A DNA stretch of 63,366 nt, filler included, from Octopus bimaculoides (taxonomy: Eukaryota): assembly GCF_001194135.2 (NCBI RefSeq). It is 5 parts of 4 records of this genome, joined end to end, with 100 filler letters (N's around TTAATTAATTAA, not from the genome) between each part and the next. Parts side by side here need not be neighbours in the genome. Positions count along the whole stretch, not along the records: positions 24,090 to 29,499 come from NC_068985.1; positions 29,600 to 46,517 come from NC_069003.1; 3 more parts are not named here. One strand, given 5' to 3'. The position numbers and the translations under genes are program-made. The notes beneath the pieces were generated by a model. That model searched no databases, had not been told where the DNA came from, and worked only from the letters and a program-made list of their open reading frames with translations. Shown in pieces: positions 25,942 through 39,627 of the stretch. Position 1 is the first letter of the stretch, and each line of letters opens with the position of its first letter.

Positions 25942-26629
25942 NNNNNNNNNNNNNNNNNNNNNNNNNNNNNNNNNNNNNNNNNNNNNNNNNNNNNNNNNNN
26001 NNNNNNNNNNNNNNNNNNNNNNNNNNNNNNNNNNNNNNNNNNNNNNNNNNNNNNNNNNNNNNNNNNNNNNNNNNNNNNNNNNNNNNNNNNNNNNNNNNNN
26101 NNNNNNNNNNNNNNNNNNNNNNNNNNNNNNNNNNNNNNNNNNNNNNNNNNNNNNNNNNNNNNNNNNNNNNNNNNNNNNNNNNNNNNNNNNNNNNNNNNNN
26201 NNNNNNNNNNNNNNNNNNNNNNNNNNNNNNNNNNNNNNNNNNNNNNNNNNNNNNNNNNNNNNNNNNNNNNNNNNNNNNNNNNNNNNNNNNNNNNNNNNNN
26301 NNNNNNNNNNNNNNNNNNNNNNNNNNNNNNNNNNNNNNNNNNNNNNNNNNNNNNNNNNNNNNNNNNNNNNNNNNNNNNNNNNNNNNNNNNNNNNNNNNNN
26401 NNNNNNNNNNNNNNNNTTTTTTTTTTTTTTTTTTTTTTTTGCCGAGGGCTAGTTTCCGAAGATGTCAACAAACCAACACCGGTTGTCACGCGGTGGTAGG
26501 AGGGACAAATATAACGCAAACACACATAGATATATATACATACGCACACAAGCACACATATATAAGAAGCCCGTCGTGTATGTCTTTAAGAAATAAGTTT
26601 TAAATAATGGATAAAATGCTTTGTGGTAT

Positions 26630-26746
26630 TTAGCGAGGCGGATAAAATGCTTTGTGGTATTTCGTCCGTCTTTACGTTCTGAGTTCAAATCACGCCGAGG
26701 TTGACTTTGCCTTTCATTCTTTCGGGGTTGATAAAATAAGTACCAT
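26630..26746 (+). mobile_element. SINE, main family, partial
   Basis: ctgagttcaaatcacgccgaggttgactttgcctttcattctttcggggttgataaaataagtacca. Preceded by a 23-bp local duplication (26609-26631, 26640-26662). Confidence 0.8.
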
Positions 26747-26784
26747 TCTGATATCAATATTGATAACGCTCTTATAGTAACATG

Positions 26785-26842
26785 TTTTTTTTTAATTCAC
26801 TTTTTAATTTATTTTTTTTCTTGTATCTTTTTGCAGGTAAGT
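26785..26842 (+). promoter_or_regulatory. Candidate recursive splice site (ratchet point): 3' splice site fused to a 5' splice site
   Basis: About 50 nt of T-rich tract (ttttttttt-aattcac-ttttt-aatttattttttttcttgtatctttttg) then CAG (26834-26836) directly followed by GTAAGT (26837-26842). Same strand as the GPCR exon. Confidence 0.6.
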
Positions 26843-27559
26843 GTTTCACCTGTATAACTGTTGATGTGTTCGGTAATGTAAAGTTTTGAGATGCTTGGAA
26901 TAGATGCAACGGGATACCTCCAGGTGTTCATTCAGGTAAACACAAATTTTATACTTAGAGTTTCTGCTGGAAAAATATTTCTTGCTTTGAACGAATTTCT
27001 TATTTATTCTCAGTTGATGGCTAAAAAAAATATTTGTTTTCTTTTTTACTTAAGCCTTTTTTTTATTATATATGTACATACATATATNNNNNNNNNNNNN
27101 NNNNNNNNNNNNNNNNNNNNNNNNNNNNNNNNNNNNNNNNNNNNNNNNNNNNNNNNNNNNNNNNNNNNNNNNNNNNNNNNNNNNNNNNNNNNNNNNNNNN
27201 NNNNNNNNNNNNNNNNNNNNNNNNNNNNNNNNNNNNNNNNNNNNNNNNNNNNNNNNNNNNNNNNNNNNNNNNNNNNNNNNNNNNNNNNNNNNNNNNNNNN
27301 NNNNNNNNNNNNNNNNNNNNNNNNNNNNNNNNNNNNNNNNNNNNNNNNNNNNNNNNNNAGAGAGAGAGAGAGATAGAGTGTGTGTGTGTGTGTGTGTTAA
27401 CAGATGAGATCGAGAGAATCTCAATATAGAAAACACTTTGTAGCGCCCAAATGATTTGAACTTACACTCCGATTTCTTTATCGAGGACAAAGTCAGCACT
27501 TGTTGGTTTGTTGCTGTTTTTCAGACCAGGTTCTCTTTCATCAAACAGATCTATCTTTG

Positions 27560-28145
27560 TCTTTTACCTGATCCAGTTATTAGACTGCGGCCATGCTGGA
27601 GCACCGCTTTGAAGGAATTTAGTCGAACGAGTCCACCCCCAGTATTGATTTTTTAATTTTTTAAGACTACTATTTATTCTATCAATCTCTTTTGGCACCA
27701 TGTGGTTGCAAAGCAAATGTCTTACTACACAGCCACGCCTGCATCTGAGACCATTACGCCTCGTCTGCTATATATTGTGATGTTGGAACGGGGAGGAGGG
27801 ATCTCCATCATTCGACGACGAGGATTCAGATATTCGAACAACTAAATAACCTGCTCTTGCATAAACCTACAAAGTGGCTGAGTATTCCTCAGACACGTGC
27901 AACCTTAGAGTAATACTCAGGGAAGAATGTGGATGACACTGTGTGTGTGATGAAGTTGTACCTTTTGATTTGCGGGCAAAATCCACCCTATGGGCTTCTA
28001 TGCAATTTCCGCCTCCTCAATTTCGTTCAGAAGGTATAGGCTGACCTGAGACTAAAGAAAATTGCATTTACCCAAGATGCCAAACAGTAGGATCGAACCC
28101 GGCAACTTGTGGTTTTGAAGTAAACTTCTTAACCATTCGGTCATA
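27560..28145 (-). mobile_element. Degenerate CORE-type and other SINE fragments
   Basis: Tail gactgcggccatgctggagcaccgc and head-like ggatcgaacccg..cttaaccattcggtcat. Confidence 0.55.
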
Positions 28146-28165
28146 CAGCTTCTACTCATACATAA

Positions 28166-28786
28166 TTTTATCTACCATAAGCACAAAGACTGAAGTTTTT
28201 AGGGAGAAGGTTAGCCACATCGACCCCAGTACTTAACTGGTATTTATTTAATCGACCCCGAAAGGATAAAAGGTGAAGACGACCGCAGTCAAATTTAAAC
28301 TCAGAACTTAATGACTAACGAAATGCTTAGCAACATTTCGTACGGCTTACTAACAATCTTCTCATACACAATAGACTTTGCTACTCTAAGCACAAGGCCC
28401 GAAATTTTGAGGAACGGGGCCAGTCGATTAGATCGACCCTAGTATGCAAAGGGTATTTAATTAATCGACCCCGAAAGGATGAAAGGCAAAATCGAGCTCG
28501 GTGGAATTTGAACTCAGAACGTAAAGGCAAACGAAATACCGCCCGGCGTGCTAACGTTTCTTTATTACTTACAAGGGGGCTAAACATAGAAGAGACAAAC
28601 AAGGACAGACAAAGGGATTGAGTCGATTACATCTACCTCAGTGCATAACTGGTATTTATTTAATCGACACCGAAAGGATGAAAGACAAAGTCGACCTCGG
28701 CTGAATTTGAACTCAGAACGTAACGGCAGACGAAATACCGCTAAGCACTTCGCCCGGCGTGCTAACGTTTCTGCCAGCTCGCCGCC
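28166..28786 (-). mobile_element. SINE cluster: monomer (28166-28361) plus dimer (28376-28786)
   Basis: Three main-family cores. Dimer junction at 28560/28561. Intact head ggcggcgagctggcagaaacgttagcacgccggg. Confidence 0.85.
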
Positions 28787-29249
28787 TTTTCACATCCACA
28801 ATAGATAGCGACCAAAGTGGTCTTCGCTTCTGAGTATGATGTAATTTGAAGGAAATTTAGGTGTTATTTCTAACAGGTTGGTCGACTAATATAAAGCAGG
28901 ATGTTTATTTTTGTATATTAGAAGGCTGCATTGAATTAGATATAATTAAATAAAGCTACATTAAAGACAATATTATTAAATATACAGTAAATGATAATTA
29001 CATTTATTGGGAGAAGGTAATTATGAATATTAATGTAAGAAATAATATGTTAACTGACTTTTTAATGGCTTTGGTATATGTATGTATGCATATGTGTGTG
29101 TGTGTGGGGGGGTCTGTATAATGTTTTATATAAATGTGTGTGTATGCATAGATATATATGTATGTGTGTGTATACACACACAGACACCGCGTCTGTGTGT
29201 ATGAATAGTTAGTGACATCTACATATATATATATATATATATACACACA

Positions 29250-29303
<54 letters not shown>

Positions 29304-29400
29304 TATACATACATGCACACATACGTATGTATATTTACATACATACACGTATATATGTATACATACATATATATATACACATATATATATGTATGCATAC

Positions 29401-29431
<31 letters not shown>

Positions 29432-29599
29432 CATACATATATATACACATACACATTTATATATATGTATGTATGTGTCTTTATATATATATATATATAN
29501 NNNNNNNNNNNNNNNNNNNNNNNNNNNNNNNNNNNNNNNNNNNTTAATTAATTAANNNNNNNNNNNNNNNNNNNNNNNNNNNNNNNNNNNNNNNNNNNN

Positions 29600-29648
<49 letters not shown>

Positions 29649-30675
29649 TTTTTGTATGTACTGATGTACGTTTATAACTTTATACATACCTATATGTGTA
29701 TGTTGATTTGAGTACACACATACATATATATATGTATATATCTATGTGCATGTATGTATGTATATGAAAATATGCATATATACATATATGTCTATATATG
29801 TATATGTATGTATGCTTATTTTTTATTGCCTTATCTTTATTATTTTACTTCTCACTAATTATAATTATTTACACCCTTGATAAAAATATTTGACTATTTA
29901 TTTAGTTAGGTACTAACGTTTATTGAACATTTATGTTTAAAATTTTTTTAATATATCTAGCTGTATTATAACGATAATTACGTATTTTCAAACACTATTT
30001 TCACGAATGCACATCAATATTATTCTTCTCCCCGTCTACAATACTAAATAATATTTCTATTCTTTTTTACACCCTATTCTCTATTTAGTTCTATCTTAGA
30101 ATTTCTCAATTTTAATTTCATGTTGTTCGTAATTTTTTTGTCGATATCCATCCTTATATTTCGTAAACACAGTCTCTTAGAACTTTTATTTAATATCATT
30201 TTGTTGTTTTTTCTCTATCATTACTATTTTTTATTTTCTAGATTGTTAATGTTAAACATATGATTTTCCTATTCTTTCTTTTATATTTAGCCTTCTCTTA
30301 TACCAAAGTTATCAGCTGTTTACTTTTTAATATCTTACCAAATTTCTCTTCTCTTCTATAGAAAACTGTTTCATTAATTTCTATTAATTTCACTCTTATT
30401 GTCTTCCATATCTTAATGTTTTCAAAATCGACTCCCCGCGTTTTGAAATATTATGTTGAGATACCATTTTAAACATGAGTCCTTTTAACCTGACGAGCAA
30501 GCTTAATGTCTGCATAAATTTCAAAATTGTATATATCAATACAAACATGCAGATATTTTATCATTTATTATAAAATATAACAAAATAAATTATCTATACA
30601 TGTTTATTAAGCTGCGAAACAATTGGTGTAACTATGAATATCCAACGGTAATATAAATTTTATAGTGCATTTCAC

Positions 30676-30677
<2 letters not shown>

Positions 30678-30758
<81 letters not shown>
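30678..30758 (+). repeat. (ATT)n microsatellite
   Basis: Read directly. Confidence 0.95.
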
Positions 30759-30759
<1 letters not shown>

Positions 30760-30918
30760 GTGTGTGTATGTATGTATTATGAGGTGTATTTACACCATAT
30801 ATCTACAGCAAGAAATTTTCTCCATGACAAAAGACGGTGAATAGCTTGTTTACAAGTCCGAACGTGCTTTTAGCATATTCAAACTGGTATTGTGTTAACA
30901 TAGCACACACACACAATT

Positions 30919-30970
<52 letters not shown>

Positions 30971-31108
30971 GTGTAAAACAGGCTCAGAGAAGACTTGAAC
31001 TCAGCATTACATGCTAGCAAAAATATTCAATAATCATAGAGTTTCTCGCTCTCAAGGGAGAACTGTGTTTTGCATGCTACATTATACAGTTAAGTGGACT
31101 GTCTACGA

Positions 31109-31664
31109 ATGACAACAGCAATTATGAACAATTCTAAATTTCTTGTCTATGGTGGCCCACGTAAAGATGTTTACTACCCTATTGAGGTTTTATATTGTGG
31201 AGAATGTGCGATGCCTGTGGAGTATTGTAAATACTATCCAAATTATGAAAGATGTAAAGTTTGGCTTGAAAAAAAGACATGTGATTAATTAAAAACTCAT
31301 GGTTGGCAAAGGAGATGAAAAACCAGGTTTAGAAGAAATTGAAGAGGAGAAGAAAAGACAAATCCGGGTTGGCAGGGATGTGGTAAAAGCTAAAAAGAAA
31401 ACTAAAGCACTAGGCCTGAAGCTGTCCACAGCTACAAGAGGCAAAATGCAGAGAGTAGCAATTGTTGCTGGAATTGCCACTTATGATATTGAGCTGAAAG
31501 AAGCCAGGAAATACTTTGGCACAAGTTTTTCTTGTGGTTCATCAGTGACTGCCGATGAGATTGTTATCCAGAGAGATGTAAAAGATGAATTGTTTGATAT
31601 CATCGTAGAAAAGTGGCTCCAAATTGGTGAAGACAATATTGATGATCTTGGAGAACAGAAGTGA
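31109..31664 (+). pseudogene. DENR: Processed pseudogene of density-regulated protein DENR/Tma22 (Zn site plus SUI1 domain)
   Basis: YPIEVLYCGECAMPVEYCKYYPNYERCKVWLEK matches the DENR N-terminal 4-Cys motif. GIATYDIELKEARKYFGTSFSCGSSVTADEIVIQRDVKDELFDIIVEKW...IDDLGEQK matches the SUI1 domain. It is intronless, with an in-frame TAA at 31286-31288 and a +1 frameshift before ATG 31299. Confidence 0.92.
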
Positions 31665-31755
31665 CATTTGTTTCGAAAGTCATCCACGCCACCGACATCA
31701 GCTATCACTTGATGAACATTGAGCTGTTCTCTCTCTGTCTCTGTCTCTGTCTCTG

Positions 31756-31788
<33 letters not shown>

Positions 31789-32482
31789 TTCTCTCTCTCT
31801 CTCTCTATCCACCTGGCAGTAGAATTTGCCATTTTGTTAGCAAAATGTGATTCTTCTTGCATTATCACAGATTTCAAATTGAAAAAAATACTACATCATA
31901 AGCAAGAAGAAATGTATAAATATATATATAAGAGATAAATTTGAAAAGTTGCATTCCCTCGCTTTCGGTAAATATGTTACTTATTTTTGGTAGTTTTTTG
32001 ACTTATTTAGTCCCTCGATAGCGTGAGGTATTAATACAAAGTTANNNNNNNNNNNNNNNNNNNNNNNNNNNNNNNNNNNNNNNNNNNNNNNNNNNNNNNN
32101 NNNNNNNNNNNNNNNNNNNNNNNNNNNNNNNNNNNNNNNNNNNNNNNNNNNNNNNNNNNNNNNNNNNNNNNNNNNNNNNNNNNNNNNNNNNNNNNNNNNN
32201 NNNNNNNNNNNNNNNNNNNNNNNNNNNNNNNNNNNNNNNNNNNNNNNNNNNNNNNNNNNNNNNNNNNNNNNNNNNNNNNNNNNNNNNNNNNNNNNNNNNN
32301 NNNNNNNNNNNNNNNNNNNNNNNNNNNNNNNNNNNNNNNNNNNNNNNNNNNNNNNNNNNNNNNNNNNNNNNNNNNNNNNNNNNNNNNNNNNNNNNNNNNN
32401 NNNNNNNNNNNNNNNNNNNNNNNNNNNNNNNNNNNNNNNNNNNNNNNNNNNNNNNNNNNNNNNNNNNNNNNNNNNNNNNNNN

Positions 32483-32525
<43 letters not shown>

Positions 32526-32945
32526 ATAAAATTAGAGCAGAGCCATTATTAGCAAGTTTCCAAGGAAGTCTATGTTTTATCGGTTACTGAGAAGGACAAT
32601 AACCAGCATAACAACTCAAGTTCTTGGTTGTATTTATGTCCCCATATCACAAATTAGGTTTTACAATCTGTCTTTTAGCAATTTCAATGGGACACAGTGT
32701 CTCGCCTGATTCATTACCGTCTTTGTAAGCGATATGGTGTAATTGATAAGATAGTCGCTCTTTTAGCGAAGATTATTGGGGTCCAATTCCAGTCGGTGTG
32801 TGCTCATGTGGATTTTGGAATCGCAAATTACTTTTTCTCTAATTAACAAAGCTTAAAGCAAAGAAAGTTGGGACTTAATAGTACACATACGCACACACAC
32901 ACATATATACGCACGCACATATACGCAGGCACATACATACATACA

Positions 32946-33028
<83 letters not shown>

Positions 33029-33660
33029 NNNNNNNNNNNNNNNNNNNNNNNNNNNNNNNNNNNNNNNNNNNNNNNNNNNNNNNNNNNNNNNNNNNNNNNN
33101 NNNNNNNNNNNNNNNNNNNNNNNNNNNNNNNNNNNNNNNNNNNNNNNNNNNNNNNNNNNNNNNNNNNNNNNNNNNNNNNNNNNNNNNNNNNNNNNNNNNN
33201 NNNNNNNNNNNNNNNNNNNNNNNNNNNNNNNNNNNNNNNNNNNNNNNNNNNNNNNNNNNNNNNNNNNNNNNNNNNNNNNNNNNNNNNNNNNNNNNNNNNN
33301 NNNNNNNNNNNNNNNNNNNNNNNNNNNNNNNNNNNNNNNNNNNNNNNNNNNNNNNNNNNNNNNNNNNNNNNNNNNNNNNNNNNNNNNNNNNNNNNNNNNN
33401 NNNNNNNNNNNNNNNNNNNNNNNNNNNNNNNNNNNNNNNNNNNNNNNNNNNNNNNNNNNNNNNNNNNNNNNNNNNNNNNNNNNNNNNNNNNNNNNNNNNN
33501 NNNNNNNNNNNNNNNNNNNNNNNNNNNNNNNNNNNNNNNNNNNNNNNNNNNNNNNNNNNNNNNNNNNNNNNNNNNNNNNNNNNNNNNNNNNNNNNNNNNN
33601 NNNNNNNNNNNNNNNNNNNNNNNNNCTTTCTCTCTCTCTCTCTTTCTCACTCTCTCACAA

Positions 33661-35957
<2,297 letters not shown>

Positions 35958-36134
35958 CTATAAAAAAAGAAGAGAAATCGATTAATTTCAACTCTTATAT
36001 GGACTGTCTAGTTGAAAACTTAAAAGAAAAAGAAAACCCCACACTTTATGATCTTGAATTAATCCGTGCTGGAGAGTTTTAATGAAGATGAAATGAAAAG
36101 ATACTGGGATTTTCTGTTAATAATATAAGGATTA

Positions 36135-36330
36135 TGTAGCACACCGGGCAAAATGCTTACCGTCATTTCTTCTGGTTCATTACGTTATGAGTTCAAATTC
36201 CGCCGAGGTCCACTTTGCCTTTCATCTTTTCGGAGTCGATAAAATAAGCGCGATTTGAACACTAGAGTCGAGGTAATCGGCTTAACTGGTTCGGAAAATA
36301 TGCTGGCCTTGTGCCAAAACTTGAAACTAA
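36135..36330 (+). mobile_element. SINE monomer, main family
   Basis: gagttcaaattccgccgaggtccactttgcctttcatctttcggagtcgataaaataag. Confidence 0.8.
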
Positions 36331-36461
36331 TATAAACTAACCATGTGAAACTAATTATGTGCAAAAAACATAGATTCACGTTCCCTTAATATCTGTTTTT
36401 CACCTCCGATAGAAGAAAAAAAATGACATTCCAACTGAAGACTAATGTATATACATAGGCA

Positions 36462-36494
<33 letters not shown>

Positions 36495-36504
36495 NNNNNN
36501 NNNN

Positions 36505-36544
<40 letters not shown>

Positions 36545-37114
36545 CTAGCGTATATACTCGTGTAAAAGTCGAATTTTTTAGACCATTTTTTAAAGGTCAA
36601 ATTTACAGGGTCGACTATTACATGGATAGTACTCTTGAGGGACTGAAATTCAAGCTAGAATCCGAAGTGCCATATCAACAGCAGAAGCCCAACTGGTCTC
36701 TAAGCGAATAAAAACAAAAACGCAATATATTACCAAATATATGCATCAAAACACATGTCCTAGTAAATAACAAAACCCATAAACAAGACCGCGTATCTCT
36801 TATAAATACTTACACTTTGCCATTTATTTGTATCCATCAATGTTAACAGACTAGCGGAGTGAAATCAATTTATATCTCATAATTATATCGCATGAGATAA
36901 CGTTAATGCATTTTGGCCTAGATGCTATCGTATTCACGCTCACGATCAATTACCATTTCGTGGAATGCGTTCGCCTCACGATTCTTATTAGGTAAACAGT
37001 GTGTCGTGTTCTGTGTTATGTTGCCCCACGACAAAAATGAAAAAAAAGTTGCAGGATGTTAATTGCAGTTACCAGTAAATGTCTATAATATTGTGTAGAG
37101 TTGTCAACCTGGAG

Positions 37115-37238
37115 CAGGGATTCCCAAAGTGTGTTCTGCAAAACCCCAGGGTTCCCTGAAAGATAGCTGGGGTTCCACGTTTTTAAAAATAATTACGAAG
37201 GATTCAGCGGCAAAAAAAAAAATGCTTGGTAACCACTG
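37115..37238. mobile_element. hAT (Charlie-like) MITE, 124 bp
   Basis: Termini CAGGGATTCCCAA and TTGGTAACCACTG. The 8-bp flanks acctggag and atctagcg resemble the NTCTAGAN target. Confidence 0.65.
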
Positions 37239-37794
37239 ATCTAGCGATTAACTAAATGTTTTTAGGCTTACCGAAGTCATGCCTCTGTACGAATGTATAC
37301 AGCAGTGTTTGCTGTTGTTCATCGATAGTGAAACACTTTTCTCACTATGTGAACAGACGAGGGTATGACGCATGTTTTTATTGTATTTGGAGATGAGGAA
37401 AATATAAAGGTGGCATGGGAACCACTGATCTAGCGATTCATTGAATGTTTTTAGCCTTTGTACGGATTCGGACAGTGGCGTTTGGTGGTGTTCACCAATA
37501 GTGCTGTCTGTGAAGCACGTTTCTCACCATGTAAACAACGAGTGTATGACGCATCTGTTTATTGTGTTTGAAGATGTATGCAGGCCTGCGGCATATCCAA
37601 CGCATACATTTCAGTAATGGTGATGTAGCACCCATGAATAGATGTGTAGTGTTCGCTGTTAAATGGTATTTTACTATAAGCACTGAGCATTCCAAGACCA
37701 TGCCTTTATTTTGCTGGGCTCAAATATCATTTGCGGACCTGAAGAACGAATCTTCACCAAATATTCTGCCTATATATCTTTGCACACCTTTCAA

Positions 37795-37968
37795 TGCCAT
37801 GTATGCTATAAGGTCTACAAATGTAACGGAGGCCTCAAAAGACATTTTAAGATCCACAAAGATCAGAACTTAATTGTAGCTCTCGGTGGTCCAAATCAGA
37901 GGTGCAATCTATGTGGGTGTTTTTTCAGAACATTGTCTGGTTTAAAAAAAGCCCATCAGATACCATGA
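37795..37968 (+). other. Pair of C2H2-type zinc-finger motifs, second frameshifted; probably a retroelement C-terminus or a ZNF remnant
   Basis: CHVCYKVYKCNGGLKRHFKIH (37795-37857, C-x2-C-x12-H-x3-H) and CNLCGCFFRTLSGLK.. from 37903. No clear splice acceptor. Confidence 0.55.
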
Positions 37969-38721
37969 TGGATCTAAGGTGTAGGTACAGGGGGTGGTCA
38001 GACTCTGCATAAGGAGTAAGTAGACAACCACCAAATATACATTTACATCTATATATATTTCAACAAAACAAAAACTGTAACAAGAACGTAACAAGCAACA
38101 ACAAAACATTCGGACAGTTTGACGATACAAAAAAGAACAGGAAAAAAACAAGGACGGATCATTCGGAGCTTTCAATCTTCAGTCGAGCTGTTTCTTCAAT
38201 CTTCGTCTTAGCTGTTTCGCCTGGTTACTCTCGAGACTGGTCTAGTTTGGCCGGCCCCAAGAAAATCTAAGCTACGAGCAATAGATTCTTTGAAAGAAAG
38301 CAAGCGAATGTCTACGAACGAAAACAAGGTCGAAAAAAAAACGGAGAAATGGTGCACAATTACAAAAACAAACAACAGGTGTCTTTCGACTAAGGACGAA
38401 TTAGATTAAGCTGGCGTGTGTGGAAGTGAAACCTTACGGCAGTAACATAGAAGATGAAAGTCATGGAAGGGAATATAAAAGATGCTACAGGAACGGTAGT
38501 CGAACCAAGAAAGAAAGGTCAGGCTTGGCCGAATGGCAGTCACGTGGAAAGAGAGGAGAGAGGTAGGGGGTAGAGGGATTGAAGAATTAGGGAGGGACAA
38601 GGAAGAGAGAAAAAGGAAAGGGACAGAGTGAAGTAAATGAGGGAAAGTGATGAGAATGAAGGGAAGGCCAAGAAATGTGAGAGAGGGTGGGAGCGAGGAA
38701 AAGAAAAGTGGAAGGAAGTAC

Positions 38722-38767
<46 letters not shown>

Positions 38768-38769
38768 CA

Positions 38770-39627
38770 CACACAGGGTGCGTACGATATTTGAGGACAG
38801 GTTTATTTTTATAAAAAACAAATACATNNNNNNNNNNATAGTCCAATGGATTGAGATCTGGAGAATTAGGAAGCCAAATGTTAGGGGTTGTGTGACCATG
38901 AACATTTTCAGCCATCCATTCCTGAATCGCTAGAGCCATGTGCGATAGTGCAGAGTCTTACTGAAATACATATGGCCTTCCATTGCATGCGCTGTCTATC
39001 TAGGGCTTAACAATTATTTCCAGGACGTCAATGTGGGCGGCAGAGTCAACTTTAAGGCCTTGTGGAAAGAAGTAAGGAGGCATCACATCTCCTTCATTGC
39101 TGACAACCCCTAAAACCATGACAGTTGCAGGAGACTTTGTATGCATAACACTTGGAACTTCAGAAGGGTCTGCACATAACCATCTGTCATTTCTTGTTAA
39201 CTTTTTGATCTTGGTCGAAGTTTTTCTCGTTTGAGAGAAATCAAATAAAATCTTCTTCTGTTGGACTTTTCAGTTTGTTTAAGAGCCTTTTAGATCCGAT
39301 GTAGTGATTTTCTTTTGCTTTTTCTGACAAATTGTCCTTTCCTCATCGCATAAGACTTATATCTGATGTCTTCATGGACAACATTTCTGACTGTTCCTTA
39401 TGACACATGGAGATCTTTTGCAATTAAATTCATGGACTTTCTGGGATTGTAATCAATGGTCTGTTGACCGTGCTGGATAAATTCAGCTGTTCTGGTGATT
39501 TCAGAGCGTTTAGAATGCTTTTTATGCTTTGATACTGGTGATACGTTTCCATCTTCAGTCTCTAGCTCCTTATAAACTTTGTAGGCGAAAGATCTAGCAA
39601 CTTTTAAAAATCGAGATATTTCTAAAT
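38770..39627 (-). mobile_element. Degenerate Tc1/mariner-superfamily transposase, D,D37D (maT-like)
   Basis: SNEKNFDQDQKVN..DRWLC..HTKSPATVMVLGVVSNEGDVMPPYFFPQGL..FQ*DSALSHMALAIQEWMAENVHGHTTPNIWLPNSPDLNPLDY. I count 37 residues between the second and third Asp. Confidence 0.85.

Noticed and set aside
22980-30470. AT-rich stretches 22980-23570 and 29880-30470 that look faintly like decayed L1-type ORF2 on the minus strand
   Set aside because: No diagnostic motif could be read with confidence.
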